Of a stretch of DNA of 64,000 nt, positions 19,803-28,550 are shown piece by piece (position 1 is the stretch's first letter; every line of letters begins with the position of its first letter). A model generated the notes under the pieces. That model did not search any database and was not told the DNA's origin. It saw only the letters and a list, made by a program, of their open reading frames with translations. The position numbers and the translations under genes are program-made. Source of the DNA: a virus. The stretch lies in the IMG/VR virus record IMGVR_UViG_3300045988_155139; one strand, 5' to 3'.

Positions 19803-21347
19803 ATGATTATTATCTATGATGATTTTGACAAAATTAACAAGAACGACTTATTTGACCAGGTAGACGCAGTCTTAAGTAAAAGACAAAGACTTTGGGAAAG
19901 ATATTCTCGTGGAATTAGTTTTGAAGACGATGGTCAAAAAGACAACAAAGATAAATTGGAAATATTATTTGAGAAATTCATTGTTGATACAGCAACAGGG
20001 TATTTATCAGGACCCATCACATATGACGTAGATGTTTCGAGTGAAGTAGAAAAGAAAATTGGTAAAACTATTTTTGGTCGTGAGGGTGTCGATGAGACAA
20101 TGGCTGATGAGCTAAGATATGTTATAAATACATTAGCCTCAGATAATGATGACGCAGTAGAAGAAACTTTATTATTAAGACAAGCACTTTTATATGGTAG
20201 TACATATGAGAGAGTTTGGGAAAATCAGTTTAACAAATTACAATATCTAAACTTAGATGCACTAAATACTGTAGCTATTTGGAATAATGCTATTGACCCA
20301 GAAGTAGTAGCTGTTGTCTCAGCATTTGAGACCAAAGAAGACACATTAACAAAATATTGGTACAGAGTATATTTATCTAATCAAACTATAGTATACTCAA
20401 GAGAAAATAGAACTGAAATAAATGTCAATGCTGAGAGGTCATTAAAATTGGAAGAAAAGAAGGACCATAATTGGGGTCAAGTTCCAGTTATTGTTTATGA
20501 GTCTGATTTTAGTATTATTGACAAATGTGCTTCACTTATTACAGCATATCAGGATTTATTAAATAATGTTAGAAATACGTATCAGTATAATGACACTGAT
20601 TGTAAGATGAAAATTGTTGGGTATCGTGCTCAAAATCCGATTATGATACCTAATCCAAAGAAAGGACAACCAAACCAACCAGACATGATACTAAATCCAG
20701 CAAGACAACAAGAAGATGACTATGTTTTATCTGGTAAAACATTCTATGTTGAGCAAGGTGGAGATGCCGATTGGTTGACTAAACCAGTTAATGCCAATGA
20801 AGTAACAACAATGCTTAAATATTATGTTGACAGTATCTTCCAAATGACTGGTATTCCTAATACTTCAGATTTAGCATTTAATTCGACTGACCTAAACGCT
20901 TCAGCCATTGACCGTAAATTCTATGTAATGAGTATCACAACTGCAGATATTAGAGAGGGAATTCAAGATTTAATTAGAAAGAGATTTAAAATGTTATTGG
21001 ACCGTATCAATTTCAAATTTAATACAAAATATACAATGGACAATGTTACAATAAATATGAGTACTAACTTGCCATCAATGACAGATGAGAACATTGACCA
21101 AATGATGAAATTAAATGGAATTCTATCTCAAGAAACTGTAGTTGAGAAATTGGGTTATGACTGGGAGACAGAGAAGAAGAGAAAGGAGGACGAAGTAAAT
21201 GCAGCAATGGAACAAGTTACAAACAGAATTAACCAAAATGATGAAGAAAATGGAGACGAGGAAGAAGGAACAAATCCAGGAGATAATGACACCGACCAAG
21301 AAGACGGAGGAACTGACAAACAAGTACCAGAGGAAAGTAACGAGTAA
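19803..21347 (+). CDS. portal protein
   Basis: 514 aa, follows the terminase region, acidic C-terminal tail; size and position typical of portal proteins. Confidence 0.65.
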   Translation: MIIIYDDFDKINKNDLFDQVDAVLSKRQRLWERYSRGISFEDDGQKDNKDKLEILFEKFIVDTATGYLSGPITYDVDVSSEVEKKIGKTIFGREGVDETMADELRYVINTLASDNDDAVEETLLLRQALLYGSTYERVWENQFNKLQYLNLDALNTVAIWNNAIDPEVVAVVSAFETKEDTLTKYWYRVYLSNQTIVYSRENRTEINVNAERSLKLEEKKDHNWGQVPVIVYESDFSIIDKCASLITAYQDLLNNVRNTYQYNDTDCKMKIVGYRAQNPIMIPNPKKGQPNQPDMILNPARQQEDDYVLSGKTFYVEQGGDADWLTKPVNANEVTTMLKYYVDSIFQMTGIPNTSDLAFNSTDLNASAIDRKFYVMSITTADIREGIQDLIRKRFKMLLDRINFKFNTKYTMDNVTINMSTNLPSMTDENIDQMMKLNGILSQETVVEKLGYDWETEKKRKEDEVNAAMEQVTNRINQNDEENGDEEEGTNPGDNDTDQEDGGTDKQVPEESNE

Positions 21348-21360
21348 ATTTGGTATCACA

Positions 21361-22167
21361 ATGAAAGTCAAAAATCAAAAACAATTCGATGAGTTAAGGG
21401 CTTTGGCTCTTCTCACCGAAGTTATTGACGAAAATGAAATTAAATCATTTTATGAGAAAGTAGCTAAAGACTATTATCCACCTAATCCTGTGCTTGCTCC
21501 ATTCCAAGATGGTGTGGCTGATACTGTTTCACATCGTATGAAGAATTTTAGTTTTTATGAGCAAGACATGTGGGATATTTGGTATATGTATACATTTGCT
21601 AATGTTATGAATTATGCTTCAAATAAAGAGAACCTAAATTATGGTAATGTTTTAAATAATACATTAGGACAATCACTTAAGAAAATGACCAGAGTATTTT
21701 TCAATAGAGCAGTTACTTTGGTTAGAGAGCAAATGGTAGCATTACAAGAAAAAGTACTTGAAGAGAAACCATCAGAGGAAGTAGAAACTGATGATGGCTG
21801 GTTCAAACAATATTTACATATTAACTTTATGTGGAAAACAATGGAAGATGAGAAAGTTTGTGAAGTGTGTGGACCATTAGAAGGACAAATGCTAATTGAC
21901 ATTCCTGAAGTTATGCCCCATTATAACTGTAGATGTAGCTTTGTAGTATTTGAATGGTGGACAGATGAGGATGGCAATGTTATAGCAGATAGACAATATG
22001 ATATTGAGCAAAATAAACAATATAAGGGAAAAGGTTTATCCGTTAAGCGTGCAAGAATTACTTCTCGAAAATTAGAAGGTGGTGAACAAGTAACTATCTT
22101 CGAAGTTGATGATGAGGAAGAAGAGGGAAAAACTAAAAAGATAACATGGACCGAACCTAAAGAATAA
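21361..22167 (+). CDS. head morphogenesis protein (SPP1 gp7 / Mu F-like)
   Basis: Directly after the portal; CEVCGPLEG...CRC metal-binding motifs; ATG 21361 (track ORF extends spuriously upstream into the portal). Confidence 0.5.
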   Translation: MKVKNQKQFDELRALALLTEVIDENEIKSFYEKVAKDYYPPNPVLAPFQDGVADTVSHRMKNFSFYEQDMWDIWYMYTFANVMNYASNKENLNYGNVLNNTLGQSLKKMTRVFFNRAVTLVREQMVALQEKVLEEKPSEEVETDDGWFKQYLHINFMWKTMEDEKVCEVCGPLEGQMLIDIPEVMPHYNCRCSFVVFEWWTDEDGNVIADRQYDIEQNKQYKGKGLSVKRARITSRKLEGGEQVTIFEVDDEEEEGKTKKITWTEPKE

Positions 22168-22181
22168 TTTCGGGAGATGAT

Positions 22182-22688
22182 GTGATGAAAAACAAAGCAG
22201 CACGTAAAGCATTAGAGAGTAGATATGGTAAAGGGTGTATGTTCACCAAAGCACATTGTGAAGAGAGAATAGAAGCTCTCAGAACTATCAAAACTTTTAA
22301 AATGTACAAAGAAGAAAAGAGATATACTGGAAGAAAAATAAAAGAGTTAGCTAAACAAATGACATATCATCATTTAAAACACAGAAGCGAAGGTGGAAAG
22401 ACCAATTTGGACAATGGCTCAGTTGTGAATGGATTGGCTCATGCTTATATGCACTCACTGCCAAGAGAGCATGAGGAGATAGTTAATAATATGATTAGAG
22501 AATATAAAATGGGTATAGCTATTATTGGAAATGGTGAAGTTACTCAGACTCAATCTTTGGAGTTAGATTTCAATATTGACTTAGATGATTGTATAACAAT
22601 TCCTTTGGAGAAAGATAATGCTAGATACAATCGTGCTAGAGTTAAGAGAGAAACTCAGAGAATGATAGATGAGGAGTTAGAATTATAA
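22182..22688 (+). CDS. HNH endonuclease
   Basis: YHHLKHRSEGGKTNLDNGSV HNH core. Confidence 0.6.
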   Translation: MMKNKAARKALESRYGKGCMFTKAHCEERIEALRTIKTFKMYKEEKRYTGRKIKELAKQMTYHHLKHRSEGGKTNLDNGSVVNGLAHAYMHSLPREHEEIVNNMIREYKMGIAIIGNGEVTQTQSLELDFNIDLDDCITIPLEKDNARYNRARVKRETQRMIDEELEL

Positions 22689-22705
22689 TTTGGAAAAGTT
22701 ATGGC

Positions 22706-22741
22706 TATTCTGTTTACTTTTTACATGGGTTCTGATATAAT
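22706..22741 (+). promoter_or_regulatory. conserved phage promoter variant upstream of the tRNA cluster
   Basis: CTGTTTACT -35, 17 nt spacer, TGATATAAT 22733-22741. Confidence 0.45.
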
Positions 22742-22990
22742 AAAATCGAAGAAAACAAAATAAGCTTGTCGAGGGTTATATCTTGTTAGTTCTTCAGGTT
22801 TTTCAAAAATCTATTGCTGGTGGTTCTCCAGACTTGACTACAATAAAAGTAGTTAGTGTCCACACCCGAAAGGGAAAATGAGCTGGACTGCTTCCTATAT
22901 AGGTTGTCAATATGTAAGAACGCTAATAAACGTGTAGTGAATTGATGTAAAAAGATACAGTAATAGCGGTAGCTTCTTTTTCCTATATAT

Positions 22991-23071
22991 CCTGCCAAGA
23001 AGGTTCGAGATTTATTGACTATCGCTCCTGACGGTCAATAGATTTTCCAGGTTCAATTCCTGGTGGCAGGC
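22991..23071 (+). tRNA. tRNA-like element (possible tRNA-Arg CCT, atypical arms)
   Basis: perfect 7-bp acceptor CCTGCCA/TGGCAGG, T-arm CCAGG-TTCAATT-CCTGG, anticodon-like loop CTCCTGA; D and variable regions over-long. Confidence 0.3.
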
Positions 23072-23189
23072 ATAAGAAACACATCCTTTCTGTTGGAAAA
23101 GGAAGAACGAAGAACCGGGGTTTGCTGGACTGGAGTGGAGATGTCCCACTCGTTCCTCGTTATGCTATTGCAAAAGTTCAGCCATATTA

Positions 23190-23261
23190 GGCGGGAAGCG
23201 ATGGCCGCAAACTAGGTTCATACCCTAGTCGGTGATGGTTCGAATCCATCTCCCGCAACCA
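23190..23261 (+). tRNA. tRNA-Met (CAT), short D-arm
   Basis: anticodon arm CTAGG-TTCATAC-CCTAG, T-arm GATGG-TTCGAAT-CCATC, acceptor 3' TCCCGCA-A-CCA (encoded CCA). Confidence 0.5.
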
Positions 23262-23348
23262 GAGGCTCAGGTAGCTCCTGAGATTGGTAGAGTATAAAGA
23301 CGAGGCACCTCTACTCAGTGAAAACAATAAAACCTCGTACATATAAAT

Positions 23349-23433
23349 GGGGTTATAACTCAATGGGTAGAGTCGGGGTAGCTACATTCCAAAACCAGGA
23401 CCAGGAATACCGGTTCGAGTCCGGTTGACCCTA
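23349..23433 (+). tRNA. tRNA-like element, anticodon unresolved
   Basis: acceptor GGGGTTA/TGACCCT (two G-U), D-arm ACTC-AATGGGTA-GAGT, T-arm ACCGG-TTCGAGT-CCGGT; anticodon arm does not fold canonically (84 nt). Confidence 0.3.
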
Positions 23434-23443
23434 TTTATTTTTT

Positions 23444-23520
23444 GCTCGCTTAGCTCAGTTGGCCAGAGCATCGCACTTGTAATGCGAGGGTCCTCGGTTC
23501 AAATCCGAGAGTGAGCTCCA
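23444..23520 (+). tRNA. tRNA-Thr (TGT)
   Basis: acceptor GCTCGCT, D-arm GCTC-AGTTGGCCAG-AGC, anticodon arm TCGCA-CTTGTAA-TGCGA, T-arm CTCGG-TTCAAAT-CCGAG, 3' TCCA. Confidence 0.8.
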
Positions 23521-23523
23521 TAT

Positions 23524-23599
23524 GCTCTGTTAGCCAAGATGGTTAAGGCCCCAGTCTGCAAAACTGGTATCACTGGTTCAAATCCAGTACAGAGCTCCA
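23524..23599 (+). tRNA. tRNA-Cys (GCA)
   Basis: acceptor GCTCTGT/ACAGAGC, anticodon arm CCAGT-CTGCAAA-ACTGG, T-arm ACTGG-TTCAAAT-CCAGT, TCCA. Confidence 0.8.
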
Positions 23600-23710
23600 A
23601 ATTTTGGCTGGGTTAACCTGCGAATGTCAGAGTATTGTGTGCACAGAGAAATGACTTCAAAAGTAGAAGAGCACTCGAGGAATGGTTATAGAAGCCGCCC
23701 GGCCCCACAC

Positions 23711-23784
23711 TTCCGGATGGTGAAATGGTATCACATTAGGCCTTGGACCTAATATTCCTAGTTCGAGTCTAGGTCCGGAAACCA
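23711..23784 (+). tRNA. tRNA-Gln (TTG)
   Basis: acceptor TTCCGGA/TCCGGAA, anticodon arm TTAGG-CCTTGGA-CCTAA, T-arm CCTAG-TTCGAGT-CTAGG, ACCA. Confidence 0.8.
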
Positions 23785-23793
23785 TTTTTGAAT

Positions 23794-23867
23794 GCTCCAA
23801 TGGTGTAATGGTAGCACAACAGTCTCCAAAACTGTTTGTTGAGGTTCAAGTCCTTATTGGAGTGCCA
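23794..23867 (+). tRNA. tRNA-Trp (CCA)
   Basis: acceptor GCTCCAA/TTGGAGT, anticodon arm ACAGT-CTCCAAA-ACTGT, T-arm TGAGG-TTCAAGT-CCTTA, GCCA. Confidence 0.75.
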
Positions 23868-23870
23868 TAT

Positions 23871-23958
23871 GGGCAGGTAGCCCCGTAAGGAGCGGGTCCA
23901 GACTGTAAATCTGGCGTACTTTGTACCCGAGTGGGTTCGATACCCTCTCTGCCCACCA
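23871..23958 (+). tRNA. tRNA-Tyr (GTA), class II
   Basis: acceptor GGGCAGG/TCTGCCC, anticodon arm CCAGA-CTGTAAA-TCTGG, long variable arm, T-arm GTGGG-TTCGATA-CCCTC, ACCA. Confidence 0.7.
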
Positions 23959-23965
23959 TTTATTT

Positions 23966-24050
23966 GCCGTGTGTCCGGGTGGTGAGGAAGCAGTCTTGAA
24001 AATTGTTGGCCTGAAAGGGCTTGCAGGTTCGAATCCTGTGCACGGCGCCA
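23966..24050 (+). tRNA. tRNA-Ser (TGA), class II
   Basis: acceptor GCCGTGT/GCACGGC, anticodon loop CTTGAAA, long variable arm GGCCTGAAAGGGC, T-arm GCAGG-TTCGAAT-CCTGT, GCCA. Confidence 0.65.
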
Positions 24051-24079
24051 TTTAAAATTAAAAGAAAAGAGGTGAAATC

Positions 24080-25051
24080 ATGGTACATATTCTAACACAT
24101 AACGACTTAGATGGCTATGCTGCTGGTTATATCGTATCAAAATATTTTCATCATAAAAGAAAAAGTATAACATTTCTCAACTATGATAAAGAACCCGTTA
24201 TTGAAAATTATCAAGAAGGAGACATTGTTGTTATTACTGATTATTCATTGAGTAATGACCAATATGAACAAATTCTTGAGAGAATTGGAGATGACGGGCA
24301 TTTAATTTGGTGCGACCATCATAAAACTGCCATCGACAGATACAATCAAAGTGATGTATGCTGTGAAGGAATTCGTAGTACAAAATATTGTGGAGCAGTA
24401 TTAGCTTATTTATATTTTGAGACAGCAGTCGATACTGAAGAAGTAGAGGAGTGGACCTATGAGAAAATCATGGAAGAAATTCCAGAATGGTTGAGATATG
24501 TTGACGCTTGGGACACTTGGAAATTAGACAGTGAATATAGAAAAGGGGCAGAAAGACTAAATCTTGCTGTGTCCAACATCTTGAGTGAAACTCTTATGGC
24601 TGATATTTCCAAAGATGTTCACAACTATATCAAAATTGGTAGATATTATGAAGCATACAGAAATCAGTGGGCAAAGACATTCCGAGATAATTACATGTTC
24701 CATAAAACTCTAAGTGGTAAATTATTTGGAACTGATAGAGATGTCAAAGCTTGTATCTTGACTCTCGGAAATGCTAATAGCGAATTCTTTGGAGATGAGA
24801 TAGATAAATCTGATGTTTGTATCACTCAATGTTTTAATGGTGAGAAATGGAAAGTTAGTGTATATTCTAATAAGCCAGATATTGACTGTGGTCTATATTG
24901 CCAAACATTTGGGGGTGGAGGACATAAAGGAGCAGCCGGATGTTATTTCGAACAAATCAATCCACCAGGTTTTATATGTGAAGACATTGAGATTTTAAGG
25001 AAAGAATTATATAATATGAATGTGACTAAAAATAATGAAAGTCACAAATAA
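24080..25051 (+). CDS. DHH/DHHA1-family phosphoesterase (NrnA/RecJ-like)
   Basis: NDLDG (motif I), ITDYS (motif II), CDHHKT (DHH motif III), GGGGHKGAAG (DHHA1 GGGH); 323 aa. Confidence 0.65.
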   Translation: MVHILTHNDLDGYAAGYIVSKYFHHKRKSITFLNYDKEPVIENYQEGDIVVITDYSLSNDQYEQILERIGDDGHLIWCDHHKTAIDRYNQSDVCCEGIRSTKYCGAVLAYLYFETAVDTEEVEEWTYEKIMEEIPEWLRYVDAWDTWKLDSEYRKGAERLNLAVSNILSETLMADISKDVHNYIKIGRYYEAYRNQWAKTFRDNYMFHKTLSGKLFGTDRDVKACILTLGNANSEFFGDEIDKSDVCITQCFNGEKWKVSVYSNKPDIDCGLYCQTFGGGGHKGAAGCYFEQINPPGFICEDIEILRKELYNMNVTKNNESHK

Positions 25052-25074
25052 AGAGTAAAGGAGAAAGAGAAAAG

Positions 25075-25647
25075 ATGGATGGTGAAGAAATGACTTTTGA
25101 TGAAATTTTACAAGACCCAAAATATCAAGCAGAATTTGATAAGAGGGTACAAAAAGCTTTAGAGAAATCTAATGCGGCTAAGGAAGAGGAATGGAAAAAG
25201 AGAGAAGCAGAATTAGCTAATAGAGAAGATGAAATCCGAAAAAATATTTTAGAAGAGATGGAAGCTAAACAAAAAGAAGCTGAAGAAAATGCTAAGTTGA
25301 CTGAAGCTGAAAAATATAAAAAAGAAATGGACAAATTAGCTCAATCTAATCTAGAAATGAAAAATCAATTAGCTATCATCAATCGTGAAAAGAAAATGAG
25401 AGCTTATATCAAAGATAAAGGTTATGATGCAGAAGCTATATTGGAATTTGTTAAACCAGAACATGTTACTGACACTAACTATGCAGATGAGATAGATAAA
25501 ACAAATACATTGTTTAGTGAAAGAGTTTCTAAGGGGGTTAATGACAAATTAAAAGAAGACCCAGATGTTTTACTTGGAAACAAAGGTAAAAAAGAAGGAC
25601 CAGAATTTAATTTTGGATTTACTCCAATCAAACCTGTAGAAAAATAA
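25075..25647 (+). CDS. coiled-coil protein, possible scaffolding protein
   Basis: 190 aa, highly charged K/E heptads, near head genes. Confidence 0.4.
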   Translation: MDGEEMTFDEILQDPKYQAEFDKRVQKALEKSNAAKEEEWKKREAELANREDEIRKNILEEMEAKQKEAEENAKLTEAEKYKKEMDKLAQSNLEMKNQLAIINREKKMRAYIKDKGYDAEAILEFVKPEHVTDTNYADEIDKTNTLFSERVSKGVNDKLKEDPDVLLGNKGKKEGPEFNFGFTPIKPVEK

Positions 25648-25835
25648 TGGAAAGGAAAATTATAATGAAAGATAAGAAAGTAATTTGTAAAGAATGTGGA
25701 GAAGAATTTATTATCACAGTTGACGACCAAAAATGGTATGCTGAGAAAAATTTCAAAGAACCAAAAAGATGTAAAGATTGTAGAAGATTAAGAAGGGCTA
25801 AAGTTATTGGTCCAGAAGGAGGTTTCAATGGCTAG
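25647..25835 (+). CDS. zinc-ribbon protein
   Basis: CKECG...CKDCRR; alternative ATG at 25662. Confidence 0.45.
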   Translation: MERKIIMKDKKVICKECGEEFIITVDDQKWYAEKNFKEPKRCKDCRRLRRAKVIGPEGGFNG

Positions 25836-26274
25836 AAGAAGAGATGGAAATTCAACTGAAGAACCAGTAGTTGAAAATGTAGAAAATCTAACAAATGAAA
25901 CTTTATCTCAGGAAACTCCAGAAGTCCAAAAAGAAGTTTTAAAAGATTTATTTGGAGAAATTACTGTTACAGATTCTGAGCCTACTACAGTTGACATGTC
26001 AAAAGAAGAACTACCAAAAGAAGTTCAAAATATGCATGTTGAAGTAGAAAATGCTCACAAGGAAGATAAAGATGATGGTCTGAAAGTTGGAGATAGAGTT
26101 AAAATTAAAAAGAACGTTGGGAATGATATAGTTGGACGTAGAATTCACAACGGGATTAAAAACTATCTATATACTGTAAAACATGTTAGAAGTGATGGTT
26201 ATGTTACTATAGAATGTTTAACATATACTTTTACACTTCATAATAAAGACCTAGAATTTATAAAAAGGAGGTAA
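25828..26274 (+). CDS. hypothetical acidic protein
   Basis: ATG 25828 after GAAGGAGG RBS. Confidence 0.5.
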   Translation: MARRRDGNSTEEPVVENVENLTNETLSQETPEVQKEVLKDLFGEITVTDSEPTTVDMSKEELPKEVQNMHVEVENAHKEDKDDGLKVGDRVKIKKNVGNDIVGRRIHNGIKNYLYTVKHVRSDGYVTIECLTYTFTLHNKDLEFIKRR

Positions 26275-26279
26275 ATTCT

Positions 26280-26558
26280 ATGCGTAGAAGAGAAATGGAA
26301 AGTATATCAATGAGTGATATTACCTCAAATGTTAACAATAATAAAGTTATGTCAACAAATAAATTTCTTTCTGCAGACAAAGTAAGAATTGCAACTGAAG
26401 TTATGGCTGACCAAAATGGAAACGAAGTAACTGAAGTTGAGAAAAATATGGAATTTTTTGTTACTCAAACATATCCAGAAAATCCAGATGTCTATCTTGT
26501 GTCTAATGGAGAATTTAAGCATAAACTTTTAGCTAAGGACTTAATCAAAGTCAAATAA
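26280..26558 (+). CDS. hypothetical protein
   Basis: 92 aa; RBS AAAGGAGGT upstream. Confidence 0.5.
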   Translation: MRRREMESISMSDITSNVNNNKVMSTNKFLSADKVRIATEVMADQNGNEVTEVEKNMEFFVTQTYPENPDVYLVSNGEFKHKLLAKDLIKVK

Positions 26559-26591
26559 TGTAAGTAATATAGTGTAGAGGAGGTGAGAAAT

Positions 26592-26798
26592 ATGTCTAAC
26601 AAAGTATATGATGTATTGAAATGGATAGCCTTAATAGTTCTTCCTGCTATTGCTACACTATATTTTGCAGTTGCTCAAATATGGGGACTACCTTATGGCG
26701 AAGAAGTAGTTGGAACTATTACAGCTGTCGACGCATTTTTAGGAGCTTTACTAGGAGTTTCTAATGCAACCTACGGAAAATATGGAGGTGAAGAGTAA
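26592..26798 (+). CDS. holin (phi-LC3/LL-H-like)
   Basis: 68 aa, one or two TM helices (WIALIVLPAIATLYFAVAQIWGL), charged C-terminus, immediately upstream of the endolysin. Confidence 0.6.
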   Translation: MSNKVYDVLKWIALIVLPAIATLYFAVAQIWGLPYGEEVVGTITAVDAFLGALLGVSNATYGKYGGEE

Positions 26799-26857
26799 AT
26801 GGAAGAAAATCTAGGAAATGGTGAATTAGAAAGAAACTATGAGATAGAGGAGGGAGA

Positions 26858-27940
26858 ATGATGGCAAAAAGAGGAATAGACATTTCTGCTCATCAGGGTG
26901 ACATTGATTTAGCTACTCTAAAATCACAAATTGATTTTGTAATAATTAGAGTTGGTTATGGTACACAGGGAACAATTGATACTAAATTCAAAAGAAATGC
27001 TGACCTATGTGTTAGTTTAGGAATTCCTTTTGGATTTTATTGGTATTCCTATGCCTTAGATGTAGCTGGAGCAAGAAGAGAAGCAGAAGCATTTTTAAAT
27101 GCTATTGACCCATACAAAGACAAATATTCATATGGATGTTGGTTTGACATGGAGGATGCTGATGGTTATAAGTCAAGAAACGGTATGCCTTCTAACCAAA
27201 CATTAAGAGAAATCTGTGCTATGTTTTGTAGAATAGTTGAAGAAAGTGGATATTATGTTGGAGTATATGCTTCAGAAAGTTGGTTTAAAAACCAATTAAA
27301 TGGAAGTGAATTAACTCCATATGACAAATGGGTAGCACAATGGCCAACCAGTGGAGGTCAACAAACAGCCTTAAATACTAGTGCTGATAAGAGAAGCGAT
27401 ATTCACTTATGGCAATTTACATCTGCTGGAAGATTTAGTGGATATAATGGAAATCTTGATACAAACTATGCTTATGTCGATTTTCCAGGCTTAATTGGAA
27501 ATGTAAATAGTTCGACAGAAACATCTACATCTACTCCAACCACCAATTCCCCATCTGGCACTACTTTAGATTTAGCATACAGAGTAATGCTTAAAGAATT
27601 CGGTGATGGTGAAGCTAGAAAAACTGCTTTGGGAGATAGATATAATGAAGTACAGGATTTTATAAATCATATTGCTTCTGCAGATGCTAATACTTTAGCT
27701 CAAGAAGTTAAAGCTGGTAAATACGGAAACAACCCAGTTAGAGAAACTGTTTTGGGTGATAGATACCAAAAAGTACAAGACATTGTCAATGGTACTCAAA
27801 GTAGATATTATACTGTAGTTTCTGGAGATACTCTGTCAGGGATAGGTCAAAAGCTTGGAGTTAATTGGAAGACTATTGCTAGTTTAAATGGTATCAGTTC
27901 TCCTTATACAATCTATCCTGGACAAAAATTAAAATACTAA
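26858..27940 (+). CDS. endolysin: GH25 muramidase with C-terminal LysM domain
   Basis: N-terminal GIDISAHQGDID...FVIIRVGYG...GFYWYSY (GH25 lysozyme); C-terminal YTVVSGDTLSGIGQKLGVNWKTIASLNGIS (LysM). Confidence 0.8.
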   Translation: MMAKRGIDISAHQGDIDLATLKSQIDFVIIRVGYGTQGTIDTKFKRNADLCVSLGIPFGFYWYSYALDVAGARREAEAFLNAIDPYKDKYSYGCWFDMEDADGYKSRNGMPSNQTLREICAMFCRIVEESGYYVGVYASESWFKNQLNGSELTPYDKWVAQWPTSGGQQTALNTSADKRSDIHLWQFTSAGRFSGYNGNLDTNYAYVDFPGLIGNVNSSTETSTSTPTTNSPSGTTLDLAYRVMLKEFGDGEARKTALGDRYNEVQDFINHIASADANTLAQEVKAGKYGNNPVRETVLGDRYQKVQDIVNGTQSRYYTVVSGDTLSGIGQKLGVNWKTIASLNGISSPYTIYPGQKLKY

Positions 27941-28022
27941 TCCTAAAGGTAAAATGGTTCTCAATAATAATTGACAAATTCTCCATTTTACCTTATCATT
28001 TTATTATAAAGGAGGTAGAATT

Positions 28023-28550
28023 ATGGGAGATGATAGTTACAATCTATCAAAAGCTATACCTAATAAGGTTTTACAAGAAGATGGTTCAATTACTGATTTC
28101 GCTGGAAATCCTGTAACCTCAACTTCTAAAGCTTTTGATTTAGCTAAAGCTATTCCAAACAAGGTTCTTATGCCAGATGGTACATACCTTAAGCTAACCG
28201 ATTTAATGGGAGGCGGAGGTTCTGGTGGAACTACAGATTACTCTATGTTGTCTAATAAACCTCAAATAAACGGGGTTATATTAGATGGAAATAAAACATC
28301 CGAGGACCTAGGATTAGTCCAAAGAGATGGTGAAGCTCCACAACAAATATCAACAGATGTGGAGATAGAAAATGGAAAAAATCTCACATTGAAAGATGAA
28401 GCAGGAACATCACAATCTGCATTATCTGCCAATGCTGATGGAACAATAACCGCTACTGTTAAAGTTGGAGATGAAACAACAACTGAGCAAGTAGCATATC
28501 TTAGTGACATAGATAAAAAAGTAACAAATGTATTGGGAGGTGAATTTTAG
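28023..28550 (+). CDS. fibre-like structural protein with internal repeat
   Basis: repeat LSKAIPNKVLQEDGS / LAKAIPNKVLMPDGT; glycine linker GGGGSGG; KPQINGVILDG motif. Confidence 0.45.
   Translation: MGDDSYNLSKAIPNKVLQEDGSITDFAGNPVTSTSKAFDLAKAIPNKVLMPDGTYLKLTDLMGGGGSGGTTDYSMLSNKPQINGVILDGNKTSEDLGLVQRDGEAPQQISTDVEIENGKNLTLKDEAGTSQSALSANADGTITATVKVGDETTTEQVAYLSDIDKKVTNVLGGEF

Noticed and set aside
21199-21360. N-terminal extension of ORF 21199-22167 overlapping the portal gene
   Set aside because: It overlaps the portal C-terminus in another frame. The real start is ATG 21361, just after the portal stop.
22690-23190. tmRNA or CRISPR array in the non-coding stretch before the tRNAs
   Set aside because: There is no tag-peptide reading frame ending in hydrophobic residues plus stop. 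There are no direct repeats with regular spacing. Only tRNA-like acceptor/T-arm fragments and hairpins are present.
23854-24051. 65-aa minus-strand ORF
   Set aside because: It overlaps tRNA-Tyr and tRNA-Ser exactly. It is an artefact of GC-rich tRNA sequence.
24813-24998. 61-aa nested + strand ORF inside the DHH gene
   Set aside because: It lies in an alternative frame inside a well-supported domain-bearing CDS and has no RBS.
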